Shown: in pieces, positions 17,067 to 25,732 of the stretch | Position numbering within the stretch: the first letter of the stretch is position 1 | Layout: every line of letters starts with the position of its first letter | From: an uncultured bacterium | GTDB lineage: Bacteria > Chlamydiota > Chlamydiia > Chlamydiales > SM23-39 | NCBI GenBank assembly: GCA_964355615.1 | Contig: CAYHED010000001.1 | Coordinates: 1 to 27,395 of the forward strand | Length of the DNA: 27,395 bases | Reading direction: 5' to 3' | Program-made: the position numbers and the translations under genes | Notes under the pieces: generated by a model | The model's database searches: none | What the model was told of the DNA's origin: nothing | The model's input: only the letters and a program-made list of their open reading frames with translations

Positions 17067-18491
17067 GCCACTTTTGAATCGTGCCATTGGAGATCAACAA
17101 GTCATTGTAGTCGATGATGGCATTGATTGATTCAAAAATGGACGATCCCCCAATAAAAAGGGTCTGATTTTTCCCTTGCAATTCAAGTAGTTTCCAAGGA
17201 GCGCCCTCCAGAATGCCATTCGCATTGAAGTGGGGAAAGTAGAGTGACTCATTCCCTGTAGTGGGGCCCTTGGCGTGAATGACAAAGCGTCCTTCGGGGA
17301 GCGCTTGCTGCAGCGCGTGCAGGCACGCTTCTTCCCAAGCCGCTGTGGAGGAGTGAATCGGAAGATCGTAACAATAGGAGACAAATAACTTGGAAGGGTT
17401 GCTGTTTTCTGGGAAAAAATGTTTGGAGTGTCTGAGCGTCATCACGACAGTTGACTTGTGTGGTTGGAGCGCGGAAGGATAGGTGATGATCCCTTTTCGA
17501 GGAGAAGGCACCTCACACTCAATGAGGTAGCTCGCAAAACGAAAGCCTTCGTCTAGGTCTCTAAATAGTTCGTGTTCTTCGGGGGTGAAATCCAAGATGC
17601 CCTGTAGGGCGGTGGGGGGGCAGGCCACGACCAATAAATCATAATTTTCCTCCTGGTTATTGACCCGTACTTGGACTCCGTGCGACGTTCTTTGCACGCG
17701 AGTGACTTTGGAGGAGAGTTTGATGGAAGCCCGGATTTGCCCAGACAGAAGTCGAATCAGGGATTCAAAGCAGGTCGAGAGCAAGTAAGCGTTTGTTTTG
17801 GTCCCCCCCCTCGTTACTTTCCCCAAAATTTGTTGTTTGATCATGTGGATCGTATTTGGATTGCACCAGATCAGGCCATAAAAAGTAGGAATACTTTCAA
17901 GATAACCGTACCCCTGGGCTGTTTGGAACAACCTAAAAATAGGGATCAACATTTCGAGCTTATGGAGTTTTAAAAAGTCCAAAAAGGGGACAGAGAGCTG
18001 TTCTCTTCTTTGCAAATCCTTTATGGGGGGGGCATGAAATCCTTATAGGACCCGAGTATCTCCTTATGAACGCGGAGATATTTTTTGAGTTTGAAGAGGA
18101 GGGTGACCAGAAAGAAAATTTTGAGAATAGGGCCTGGGAGAAATTGACAGATTTTGGGGAGGTGGAGCCTGCTCTCTTCTAGCGCCCAATCTCCGAATTC
18201 CTTGAGCTCATTCTTGTGATGCATTTCTCGGCCTGGAACGGGACGTAGGTAAGGGTCCACGTGGCATCCCAGCTGTTCAAATAAGGAATAGACGTTCGGG
18301 TAGCTTGGAGCGAGGTAGCAGGCTCCCAGCTCATGTAAAAACCCATCCGGCCCCTGCACAGTCTGTATTTTGCCGCCGAGACGGTCCCTCTCTTCGTAGA
18401 TGGTGATATCCACCTCTTCCGAGCGAAGAAGATAAGCCATGTGGAGAGAGGCCAGCCCTCCCCCGATGAATGCGATCCGTTTCTTGGTCAT
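17017..18491 (-). pseudogene. FAD-dependent oxidoreductase (amine-oxidase fold, PUFA-isomerase-like) split by a frameshift in a C8 tract
   Basis: ORF 18021-18491 carries RIAFIGGG, YEERDRLGGK and HELGACY. ORF 17017-18015 carries the C-terminal YFPH...LQGKNQTLFIGGSSIFE. Adding one base to (or removing two from) the G8 run at 18025-18032 on the + strand fuses them; C9 gives 491 aa. Confidence 0.8.
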
Positions 18492-18533
18492 TTAGCTCTG
18501 ACATAGGGCTTGCTAGAGAAATTTGTCAACCAA

Positions 18534-18562
18534 TTGACCAAAATGGGCCAATAGCCTACGCT
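18534..18562 (+). promoter_or_regulatory. Candidate sigma66 promoter for bamD
   Basis: TTGACC-17 nt-TACGCT, ending 8 nt before the ATG at 18571. Confidence 0.55.
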
Positions 18563-18570
18563 AGATATCT

Positions 18571-19506
18571 ATGAAAAAATGGCTAACTATTTTCTGTGCG
18601 GCGCTGACCCCCCTCCTGGCTCAAGAGGAAGGGGAGGATTTTGCTTTTGAAGGGACTTCCGTCCAGGAGTTTAACGGCTTTCTACAGGAGGCTTTTGCAG
18701 CGCAAGATTGGTGGGGGGTGGTCGACTATGGGGCGATCCTCGTCAATGACTTCTCCGATACCCCGTTTGCCAAGGAAGCCCCTTTTTCCATAGCGGAAGG
18801 GTATTTCAACCTAGAGCAGTACGAAATGTCCAATGAGATGTTTTCCAGCTACTTGGCCAGCACGGTGATGCCCCGCTATTTCGAAGAGGCGATCCGCTAC
18901 AAGTTCGAGATCGCAGAGCGCTTTGCCCATGGCGCCAAACTCCGCCTATTTGGCTCCCCAAAAATGCCCGCCTGGCTCCCCGCCAAGGAAGAGGCCATCC
19001 AGATTTACAACGATGTGATCGCAGCGCTCCCTCATGCGGACATCACAGCACAGGCGCTCCTCTCTAAGTCCCGTCTGCAGTTTGAGCTAGAGGATTACAA
19101 GCCCAGCGTTGAGACGCTCGATCTCTTGATCCACCGCTTTCCCAAGCATGACCTCGCTGCAGAGGCCTATTTGGAAAAGACCCGCAACTACTTGGCGCAG
19201 TGCAAAGCGCAAAAACTCGATCCCGATATCCTCGATATGGCCGACCTCAATATCCGCCGTTTCCGGCTTGCGTTTCCCCGTGAACCTCGTGTAGCAGAGG
19301 CGGAGCTGGCCTATGCCGGCATGCAGGAAGTCTTTGCTGAATCTCTGTACGAGACGGCCTGTTTTTTCGAGCGCTTTGGCCGCACGAAAAAGACCGACGC
19401 GGCGCAAATCTATTTCAGAAATCTGATCTCTAAGTACCCCAACACAAAAGCTGCTAAAGCGGCTCAAGCTAAGCTCCGTCCCATTGTGCAGACTGAAAAA
19501 AATTAA
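18571..19506 (+). CDS. bamD: BamD/ComL-like TPR outer-membrane assembly protein (CT547-like)
   Basis: Signal peptide, TPR-like repeats, LIHRFPKHDLAAEAY, FRLAFPREPRV, AAQIYFRNLISKYPNTKAA. Syntenic position after dnaE. Confidence 0.75.
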   Translation: MKKWLTIFCAALTPLLAQEEGEDFAFEGTSVQEFNGFLQEAFAAQDWWGVVDYGAILVNDFSDTPFAKEAPFSIAEGYFNLEQYEMSNEMFSSYLASTVMPRYFEEAIRYKFEIAERFAHGAKLRLFGSPKMPAWLPAKEEAIQIYNDVIAALPHADITAQALLSKSRLQFELEDYKPSVETLDLLIHRFPKHDLAAEAYLEKTRNYLAQCKAQKLDPDILDMADLNIRRFRLAFPREPRVAEAELAYAGMQEVFAESLYETACFFERFGRTKKTDAAQIYFRNLISKYPNTKAAKAAQAKLRPIVQTEKN

Positions 19507-19700
19507 CCACAGAGCCACAGAGGAAGAAGAGGTAGCACAGAGGGAAGAGTTCCCTTTTTGCGAGAGCAAAAAGGGAAGACCGCTTCTGCACTTTGCCGCG
19601 CTTCGCGGCAGAGTTCTTTCTTTTTTGCTCTCGCAAAAAAGAAAATTCATCCTCTGTGCTACCTCCCTCCTCTCCGTGCCTCTGTGGTTAGTTTTTTTTC
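19495..19700. repeat. ~205-bp multi-hairpin palindromic element overlapping the bamD stop and the next gene's start
   Basis: Outer imperfect inverted repeat A7-TTAACCACAGAG...GAGGTAGCACAGAGG / CCTCTGTGCTACCTC...CTCTGTGGTTAG-T8. Inner hairpins TTCCCTTTTTGC-GAGA-GCAAAAAGGGAA, TGCCGCG-CTT-CGCGGCA and TTCTTTTTTGC-TCTC-GCAAAAAAGAA. Confidence 0.85.
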
Positions 19701-20254
19701 TTCCCGCCCTCTCCTCCTGCGGCTATCAGTGGACTCCCAAAGAAGATCGCTTCACGGTCTCCGTCCCCTTCGTGGAAGGGGACGAGGATGGGGCCTTGAC
19801 GCAAGAGCTCATTTGGGCGCTGAGCCGCTCTGGCTTGGCAAAAGTGCAAAATCAGGATGCCCATTACCGGCTCGAAGTGGCGATTGTGGAGTCGAAGAGC
19901 GACACGGTGGGATTCCGGCGGGATAAGCAGATCATCAAGGGGAAAACACGCAAAAACCTCCTGGCATCCGAGGCGCGCAAGACGGTCGCCGTTGAGGTGT
20001 CTCTGTTTGAGGGGGGGGCAGAGGAGCCGGTGCTGGGCCCTTTTCGGGTCGCTGCCGATGCCGATTATGACTATGTCGATGGGGACTCGATCCAAGACCT
20101 CACTTTTACCGACTCCTCTGGGCAACTGGTTACTGTCCTGCCCTTTTCTTTAGGCCAGCTCGAGCCGACCGAATCGGCTCAAGAGGCCGCCACCAAACCC
20201 CTTTATCGCAGTCTTGCGCAAAAAGTGATCGACGTTATTTCCTCAGAATGGTAG
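19625..20254 (+). CDS. LptE-like lipoprotein (CT548-like)
   Basis: Lipobox LSS-C followed by GY, then VSVPFVEGD..G.LT..L, typical of LptE-like proteins. Start proposed at TTG 19625, giving MLSQKRKFILCATSLLSVPLWLVFFLPALSSC. The true start is uncertain (alternatives GTG 19676, TTG 19484). Confidence 0.65.
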   Translation: MLSQKRKFILCATSLLSVPLWLVFFLPALSSCGYQWTPKEDRFTVSVPFVEGDEDGALTQELIWALSRSGLAKVQNQDAHYRLEVAIVESKSDTVGFRRDKQIIKGKTRKNLLASEARKTVAVEVSLFEGGAEEPVLGPFRVAADADYDYVDGDSIQDLTFTDSSGQLVTVLPFSLGQLEPTESAQEAATKPLYRSLAQKVIDVISSEW

Positions 20255-20291
20255 AAATTGAAAGAGAAATTTTTACTATACTTAGGTTTCG

Positions 20292-20690
20292 GTGCGCTTT
20301 CCTGCAGACTTGGCTCAGATCCGTCCCGCGCTCCTCTGGATACGAGGGGAGCTATCGAACTTATCCCTCGACAAGTCGACCCTGAATAAGATCGAGCTTG
20401 TTTCTGAGGAGGCGTTGGTCAATATTGTCGAACATGCTTATCAGGGGCTGAGCGGCGATATTGAGCTCGTTGTCAGCTCTAGCCCCAAACAAATAGAGAT
20501 CGTTATCAAAGATCAGGGACCTCCCTTTGATCCCCTGAATGCCCCCATTGATTTCGATCCCACCCTGCCCCTCGAAGAGAGGAAGTTAGGGGGATTGGGG
20601 ATTCCCATGATCCGCAAGTTCATGGATCAAGTGCTCTACAAAAGAGAAAATAACCAGAATGTCTTGACGCTCATCAAGAAGCGTCACTGA
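20292..20690 (+). CDS. rsbW: Anti-sigma factor / Ser kinase RsbW
   Basis: HATPase_c_2 motifs EEALVNIVEHAY, IKDQGPPFDPL and GGLGIPMIRKFMD; position matches chlamydial rsbW. Confidence 0.9.
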   Translation: MRFPADLAQIRPALLWIRGELSNLSLDKSTLNKIELVSEEALVNIVEHAYQGLSGDIELVVSSSPKQIEIVIKDQGPPFDPLNAPIDFDPTLPLEERKLGGLGIPMIRKFMDQVLYKRENNQNVLTLIKKRH

Positions 20691-21115
20691 CCTTTTTCGA
20701 AAAGGGTTACGGTCTCTTCCGTTTCTAGCATGTCGACCAGATAGTGCTGGAGGACTTTGAGGACGTAGCGGGGCGTGTTATAGACCCCTTCTGTGAGAAA
20801 GACGATCTCTAGGTGGGGCTTTTCGGGATGATTGAGCGCGATCAACACATAAGTGACCGGTTGCTCAGAATCCATCTTCGGGACGATCCAGACGACGAAT
20901 TGCTCATTGAAGAGGGTGACCTTCTCAACGCTTTCAATCACGTGGAAGTACTGGGTCAGGTCGTCCGGTTCCGCGGTATCGTCTTGGATGAGGGCCAAAA
21001 TCCCCCGATCGTGCAGAAACTGGAGATTGATGCGGGTGACCCCATCGTGAACGCACTCCGTAAGGTTCCCCATAAACTGTTTGTAAGCTTCATCAAGTTG
21101 AGTTGGATTCAACAT
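20684..21115 (-). CDS. Conserved chlamydial hypothetical protein (CT550-like)
   Basis: 143 aa with YFHVIESVEKVTLFNEQFVVWIVP, recalled as characteristic of the chlamydial gene between rsbW and dacC. Convergent 7-nt overlap with rsbW. Confidence 0.75.
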   Translation of the reverse strand: MLNPTQLDEAYKQFMGNLTECVHDGVTRINLQFLHDRGILALIQDDTAEPDDLTQYFHVIESVEKVTLFNEQFVVWIVPKMDSEQPVTYVLIALNHPEKPHLEIVFLTEGVYNTPRYVLKVLQHYLVDMLETEETVTLFEKGQ

Positions 21116-21142
21116 GTCTTCCCCCGCACATACCGTATCCTC

Positions 21143-21172
21143 ATCTTAGGTCGAAAACAGGCCAGTTGTCAA
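21143..21172 (-). promoter_or_regulatory. Candidate sigma66 promoter for the CT550-like gene
   Basis: TTGACA-18 nt-TAAGAT on the minus strand. Confidence 0.55.
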
Positions 21173-21186
21173 GAGAAAAATTGCAT

Positions 21187-21215
21187 TTGACCCGCCAAAG
21201 TCATTTGAGTAAGAT
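21187..21215 (+). promoter_or_regulatory. Candidate sigma66 promoter for dacC
   Basis: TTGACC-17 nt-TAAGAT, divergent from the CT550-like promoter. Confidence 0.6.
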
Positions 21216-21218
21216 GTT

Positions 21219-21392
21219 TATATCAGGAATGATTCAAAAATCAGGGTATGCCAAGGAGGCGCCCTGATTTTGGGTCAGGCGAAGCCGACGCTTAAAGCAG
21301 CTCAACCCAAGGGGTTGGGCGATGCAGGCGGATCCCAAAAGCAGTGGCTGCTCGACGCCGGCAGAACCGATTTTTGAATCATGAGTGGTATA
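21219..21392. mobile_element. 174-bp TATA-ended palindromic element (MITE-like) filling the dacC 5' leader
   Basis: Perfect 14-bp inverted repeat ATGATTCAAAAATC (21229-21242) / GATTTTTGAATCAT (21369-21382), outer pairing TATATCA / TGGTATA, and internal hairpins including AAAATCAGGG...CCCTGATTTT and GGC-GAA-GCC. Confidence 0.65.
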
Positions 21393-22553
21393 ATGTTGCG
21401 TTTCGTTTTTGTCGCCCTTATCGCCTTGCCTTTATGGGGAGGTCCGCTCGAAGTCACTCTGCAGGCGCGCTCTGCGATCTTGATGAACGGAGAAACGGGC
21501 GCTATTCTGTACGAAAAGCATGCCCACACCCCGTCATTCCCTGCGAGCATCACCAAAATCGCCACTGCCCTTTTTGTCCTCGATCAGAAGAAAGGAACTT
21601 GGGATGAGGTAGTTACGGTTTCAGGGGAGGCGCTCCGCTTCAAGAATCCCCAAGATCTGAAAAATGCTCTGCCCCATTGGCTGGAGCCGGAGGGGACCAT
21701 GATGTGGCTGGCTAAAGGGGAAAAAGTCACCTTAGATGCGCTTCTGCACGGATTGATGCTCGTCTCTGGCAATGATGCAGCGAACGTCCTTGCGGAGACC
21801 GTTTCAGGTTCAGTGCCCCAATTCATTGAAGGGCTCAATGGGTATGTGCGCGATTTGGGATGTCTCCATACCCAATTTCGCAACCCGCATGGGCTCCATC
21901 ATCCCGAGCACTTTACGACGGCTTACGACATTTGTTTGGTGACGAAAAAAGCGCTGCAGTTCCCCAAATTTCGGTCGATTGTGTCGAGTCTCTCTTACGT
22001 TAAACCGAAGACAAACAAGCAACCGGTGACAGAGCTCTTTCAGAAAAATCCCCTTTTGAAGTCGGGCAAGTTCCATTACTCCAAGGCGATCGGGGTAAAA
22101 ACAGGTTATACCTCTCATGCCCAACACACTTTAGTCGCTGCTGCCGAGCATGATGGGAGGTTGCTCATCGCCGTCGTACTGGGATGTAAGCAAAAAGGGG
22201 AGCACTGCGCCGATGTGACGCGCCTCTTTGAAGCGGCCTTTGCGGAAGAGAAGAAGTCTCAGAGGTTGATTGGTCCCGAATCGCTCTTTACGCAGAAGGT
22301 GGAGGGGGGGACAGCTCCTGTGGAGGCCTGTTTGGCCGATGAGGTGGTGATTTCATTTTATCCAGCAGAAGAGCCCGCTTATAGGGCCTTTGTCCGTTGG
22401 GAGCTACCGGCGCTTCCTATTCAAAAAGGGCAGAGAGTGGGGCGGATTGAGGTCTTGAGCGGCGAGGGAGTATTGCTGACGCAGGGGCCTTTGTTTGCTC
22501 AGGTGGATGTGAAACCCACGCTCCTATTCCGAATGAAGCAGTGGTTTAAGTAG
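21393..22553 (+). CDS. dacC: D-alanyl-D-alanine carboxypeptidase (peptidase S11)
   Basis: PASITKI (SxxK), VSGNDAA (SxN), GVKTGYT (KTG) and an N-terminal signal peptide. Start at ATG 21393 or 21381. Confidence 0.93.
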   Translation: MLRFVFVALIALPLWGGPLEVTLQARSAILMNGETGAILYEKHAHTPSFPASITKIATALFVLDQKKGTWDEVVTVSGEALRFKNPQDLKNALPHWLEPEGTMMWLAKGEKVTLDALLHGLMLVSGNDAANVLAETVSGSVPQFIEGLNGYVRDLGCLHTQFRNPHGLHHPEHFTTAYDICLVTKKALQFPKFRSIVSSLSYVKPKTNKQPVTELFQKNPLLKSGKFHYSKAIGVKTGYTSHAQHTLVAAAEHDGRLLIAVVLGCKQKGEHCADVTRLFEAAFAEEKKSQRLIGPESLFTQKVEGGTAPVEACLADEVVISFYPAEEPAYRAFVRWELPALPIQKGQRVGRIEVLSGEGVLLTQGPLFAQVDVKPTLLFRMKQWFK

Positions 22554-22614
22554 CCTGGAATAGTTCAGATACTCCCGATGAAGAACGGACGGTACTAGGC
22601 TGACGACTAAGAAA

Positions 22615-22730
22615 AATGATGGAAAGGATGAAATGAGAAAATGATAAAAATATTGGTTCGCCGCAAAGCGGCGATGCGGCGAAGCCGCAAGGTTTTTTTA
22701 TCATTTTCTCATTTCATCCTTTCCATCATT
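22615..22730 (+). repeat. 116-bp Y-shaped hairpin element, copy 2
   Basis: Perfect 36-bp inverted repeat AATGATGGAAAGGATGAAATGAGAAAATGATAAAAA around the same core as copy 1. The upstream 20-mer GATGAAGAAyGGACGGTACT is shared (22577-22596 vs 12949-12968). Confidence 0.9.
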
Positions 22731-22761
22731 GATCTTAGCTTAAGGAGACGGATCTGAGCTG

Positions 22762-23562
22762 TTACAATAGTTTCTCATAAAAGCCCATCCACTGCTCTAA
22801 GGAGAGTGCTTCAGGGCGCGCTTCAGGGGAAACGCCGACTGTTCGCAACGCCTCCTCCACTTGGGCAGGTGGGAAGAGGCTCTGCAAGGAAGACCGTAGC
22901 ATCTTGCGCCGTTGTTGGAAGGCTCTCCGAATCACCGCAAACATCTCTTTCCCATCCTTCTCCACATTGCAGAAATCGAGGCGCAGTACTGTAGAGTCTA
23001 CGTTGGGGCGTGGGTAAAAGCAGCCGGGGCTTACACGGAAGGTTTTGGTGATCTGGGCAAAGAATTGGACAAAGAGGGTCAGCGAGCCAAATTCTTTAGT
23101 GTGGGGCTGCGCCGCAAGCCTGTCGGCGACCTCTTTTTGGATCATGAGGGTGAAGGAGGAAAAGAGGGAGGCGTGTTCGCAGATTTTTTCCAAGATGGGG
23201 GCTGTGATGTGGTAAGGGAGGTTGGCAACGCCTTTGAGGGGGGCGTGGGCTTTTAGCGTCTCCCAAGGAAACTCGAGGATGTCTACGGGGAAGATATGGA
23301 GCGGCCCTTCAAAACGGGAGAGCTCCCTTGCGAATAAAGGGTCTTTCTCAACTGCGATGACGGTGGCTCCTTGTTTGAGGAGCTCTTGGGTCAGGGCGCC
23401 GGGGCCGGGACCTATTTCGAAAACGCGGTCGCCTGGCTGAATATCGGCTGTGGCCACAATTTTTTTAACGACGTTGGGATCGATGAGAAAATTCTGCGAG
23501 AGGCTTTTTCTCGGGGAGGCGCCGATGCGCTCCAAGAACGGGATGAGTTCAGAAAGGATCAT
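22762..23562 (-). CDS. rsmA: 16S rRNA m6,2A dimethyltransferase RsmA/KsgA
   Basis: SLSQNFLID, EIGPGPGALT, VANLPYHIT, MIQKEVADRL, FYPRPNVDS, FQQRRKML, RPEALS. Confidence 0.96.
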   Translation of the reverse strand: MILSELIPFLERIGASPRKSLSQNFLIDPNVVKKIVATADIQPGDRVFEIGPGPGALTQELLKQGATVIAVEKDPLFARELSRFEGPLHIFPVDILEFPWETLKAHAPLKGVANLPYHITAPILEKICEHASLFSSFTLMIQKEVADRLAAQPHTKEFGSLTLFVQFFAQITKTFRVSPGCFYPRPNVDSTVLRLDFCNVEKDGKEMFAVIRRAFQQRRKMLRSSLQSLFPPAQVEEALRTVGVSPEARPEALSLEQWMGFYEKLL

Positions 23563-24545
23563 TGCAGAGAGAAGGGATGGAGATCTGTGGGGATCACTTG
23601 TTGCAAAGAGACTTCATCATAGCCGTGTTGTTTGCGGAGTCTTTCGAGATAGTTAGTGGATTCGGCTGCGATGGCTTTTTGCACGAGTTCTCCTCGCAAT
23701 TGGTCTGTGAGAGCTTCAAAAGGGGGTGCGGGGTGGTCCTCTTTTTTGATGAGGTGGAAGATTCTGTGGAGCCCTTTTTTATCAGAGCGGCTCAATTGGA
23801 AAACGGGGGCGCTATACTGGCCTGGCTGTAGGGAGGCGAGGGCTTTTTTGTGCATCTCCGAGAGATCTTGGTCTTTGGCTGTAAAATCGGCAGAGGCCTG
23901 CACGGCTTCGTGTGCGAGTGCTTCGCCTGTGGCGAGTAATTTTTCATACGCGGCCTGTACGACGCTCTCGTCTTTGATAGAGATCACTCGGTAGGTCCAC
24001 TCTTGATAGGGGGGATTTTCTTTGAGGTAGAGGCGATATGCTTGGCGGATGTCTTGGGGAGTGACGGCGCTGAGGGCGCGCGAGTGGACAAACCACCAGC
24101 TCATCCGGCGGACGATCATTTCACTTTTGACGAGAGTCCATGTTTCTTCGTAGCTCAGGCCGATTTTCTCGAGAGTGCGCATGACGTTGGGTCCAAAGCG
24201 AGATTCCATCTCTTCTCGGATTTCCCCATCGGTCAGAGCGATCTCTTTGACTCCTGCATCGGCGAGCATCAATTCATTGTCGACCAGCTCGCGGAGAACC
24301 TGGCGCCAGCTCACTTCGTAATATTGAAGGCGGGCGGGGGTCGATTCGGCCAGTTGCGGATAATTTTGGTAGAACAGGAGATCCATCTTCTTTCTGACAT
24401 CGAGCATCGAGAAGGTCTTGTCATTGACTTTGACCAAGATCGCATTTTGCATCGCGATCTGCTTATTGTCCGCGAAGTCGGGGATATTCGGCATAGGAGC
24501 GGCTGCGAGAAGAAATGAGGCAAGCAGTGGAAACATATGGTGCAT
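23559..24545 (-). CDS. SurA N-terminal-domain / periplasmic foldase-like protein (CT355-like)
   Basis: Signal peptide, ILVKVNDKTFSMLDV, VTPQDIRQAY, PGQYSAPV, YLERLRKQH. 4-nt overlap with the rsmA start, consistent with chlamydial gene order as I recall it. Confidence 0.7.
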   Translation of the reverse strand: MHHMFPLLASFLLAAAPMPNIPDFADNKQIAMQNAILVKVNDKTFSMLDVRKKMDLLFYQNYPQLAESTPARLQYYEVSWRQVLRELVDNELMLADAGVKEIALTDGEIREEMESRFGPNVMRTLEKIGLSYEETWTLVKSEMIVRRMSWWFVHSRALSAVTPQDIRQAYRLYLKENPPYQEWTYRVISIKDESVVQAAYEKLLATGEALAHEAVQASADFTAKDQDLSEMHKKALASLQPGQYSAPVFQLSRSDKKGLHRIFHLIKKEDHPAPPFEALTDQLRGELVQKAIAAESTNYLERLRKQHGYDEVSLQQVIPTDLHPFSLQ

Positions 24546-24549
24546 TCTA

Positions 24550-25674
24550 TCAGGCTCCCCGTTTTCTGAACAGTGCCACGAAAAAACCGTCCATGCCGCC
24601 TTGCTGAGGGAGGAGAGTGAGGGGGTCCTTCACCAGTTCTAAAGGATGAGTTTTTAAAAAGAAATCGACCTGGGATTGGTTTTCTTCGGGAAGTAGGCTG
24701 CAGGTTGCGTAGACGAGGTGCCCTTTGGGGCGCAAGTATTGCATCACTTCAGAGACGATGCTTCTTTGTTCGGCGATGAGGCGGGAGACCATGGCCTCAT
24801 CAATGCCCCACTTGGCGTCAGGATTTCTACGGAGGGTTCCGCTGCCACTGCACGGAACGTCGGCGAGAACCCAATCAAAGGTCCCTTTCAGTTTGTCGGC
24901 TAACTTTTCTGCGCACTGGGCATTCTGGATGCCGGCCCGTTTGAGCCTTCTTTTCGCTTCCAGCAAAATGGAGGGGCGGATGTCATGGAGGAAAATTTGT
25001 CCGCGCCCCTTCATTTTATGTGCAAAGGCGAGGGTTTTTCCTCCTGAGCCGCTGCAAAAATCGAGCACTTGTTGGCCGGGACGGGGGTCTACCCAGTCGG
25101 CGATGATCTGGCTTCCCTCGTCTTGCACTTCAAAGAGCCCGTCTCGGAATGCGGGGAGGGTAAATAGGGGAGGGCGTCCAGAAACCTGGATGCCGGCAGA
25201 AGAGTGGGCGCAAGCTTGAGGATTCCACTCAGAAAATGGGGCGAGGAGCTCTTCGCGGGTGGTTTTCAGGAGATTGGCGCGGATGGTGACCGGGGCCTCT
25301 GTATTTAAAATTTGGCCCAGTTCGGCCGTCTTTTCAGCGCCAAAAATAATTTTGAACCGTTCATATAGAAAGGGGGGGAGGCCGAGCCGGACGTCTTCCG
25401 GGAGAGAAGTGTCTTGCTGGCACCGCTCGATCGAGAGGCCGCGGTAGGTGGAAAGTCTTTCCATAGGGTCATCGGAGTGACAAAAGAGGTCGAGGAGGGA
25501 CTTCCAGCGGACCATGCCAAAGAGGGTATTGCCCATCGTGCGCCGGTCACTGGCGCCAATGCTTTTGTGGGAGCGGAGGTAGTGGCCCCACTCCTGGTCG
25601 AGGGGAGCGCGCGAGCCGGTCCACTGTTTCAAAAAAACGATGAGATGGTGATCTCGAAAGGAAATTCTTTCCAT
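24550..25674 (-). CDS. RsmB/NOP2/Fmu-family rRNA m5C methyltransferase
   Basis: FEVQDEGSQ, LDFCSGSGGKT, DVPCSGSGTLRRNPD, LVYATCS, MDGFFVA. ATG at 25674 preferred to TTG at 25680. Confidence 0.92.
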   Translation of the reverse strand: MERISFRDHHLIVFLKQWTGSRAPLDQEWGHYLRSHKSIGASDRRTMGNTLFGMVRWKSLLDLFCHSDDPMERLSTYRGLSIERCQQDTSLPEDVRLGLPPFLYERFKIIFGAEKTAELGQILNTEAPVTIRANLLKTTREELLAPFSEWNPQACAHSSAGIQVSGRPPLFTLPAFRDGLFEVQDEGSQIIADWVDPRPGQQVLDFCSGSGGKTLAFAHKMKGRGQIFLHDIRPSILLEAKRRLKRAGIQNAQCAEKLADKLKGTFDWVLADVPCSGSGTLRRNPDAKWGIDEAMVSRLIAEQRSIVSEVMQYLRPKGHLVYATCSLLPEENQSQVDFFLKTHPLELVKDPLTLLPQQGGMDGFFVALFRKRGA

Positions 25675-25697
25675 AAGCAAGAGTATTCTACTCCTAC

Positions 25698-25726
25698 TTG
25701 CTACTTAAGTTCTAGAAAAATATACT
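25698..25726 (+). promoter_or_regulatory. Candidate sigma66 promoter for doxX-lnt
   Basis: TTGCTA-17 nt-TATACT, ending 6 nt before the ATG at 25733. Confidence 0.6.
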
Positions 25727-25732
25727 GCAGCT

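Noticed and set aside
19484-19624. 47-aa N-terminal extension of the LptE-like ORF from TTG 19484
   Set aside because: It overlaps the bamD end, is almost entirely repeat-derived, and would put the lipobox too far from the N-terminus.
20258-20282. TTGAAA...TATACT promoter before rsbW
   Set aside because: The spacer is only 13 nt. The -10 box may be real, but the pair is not a convincing promoter.
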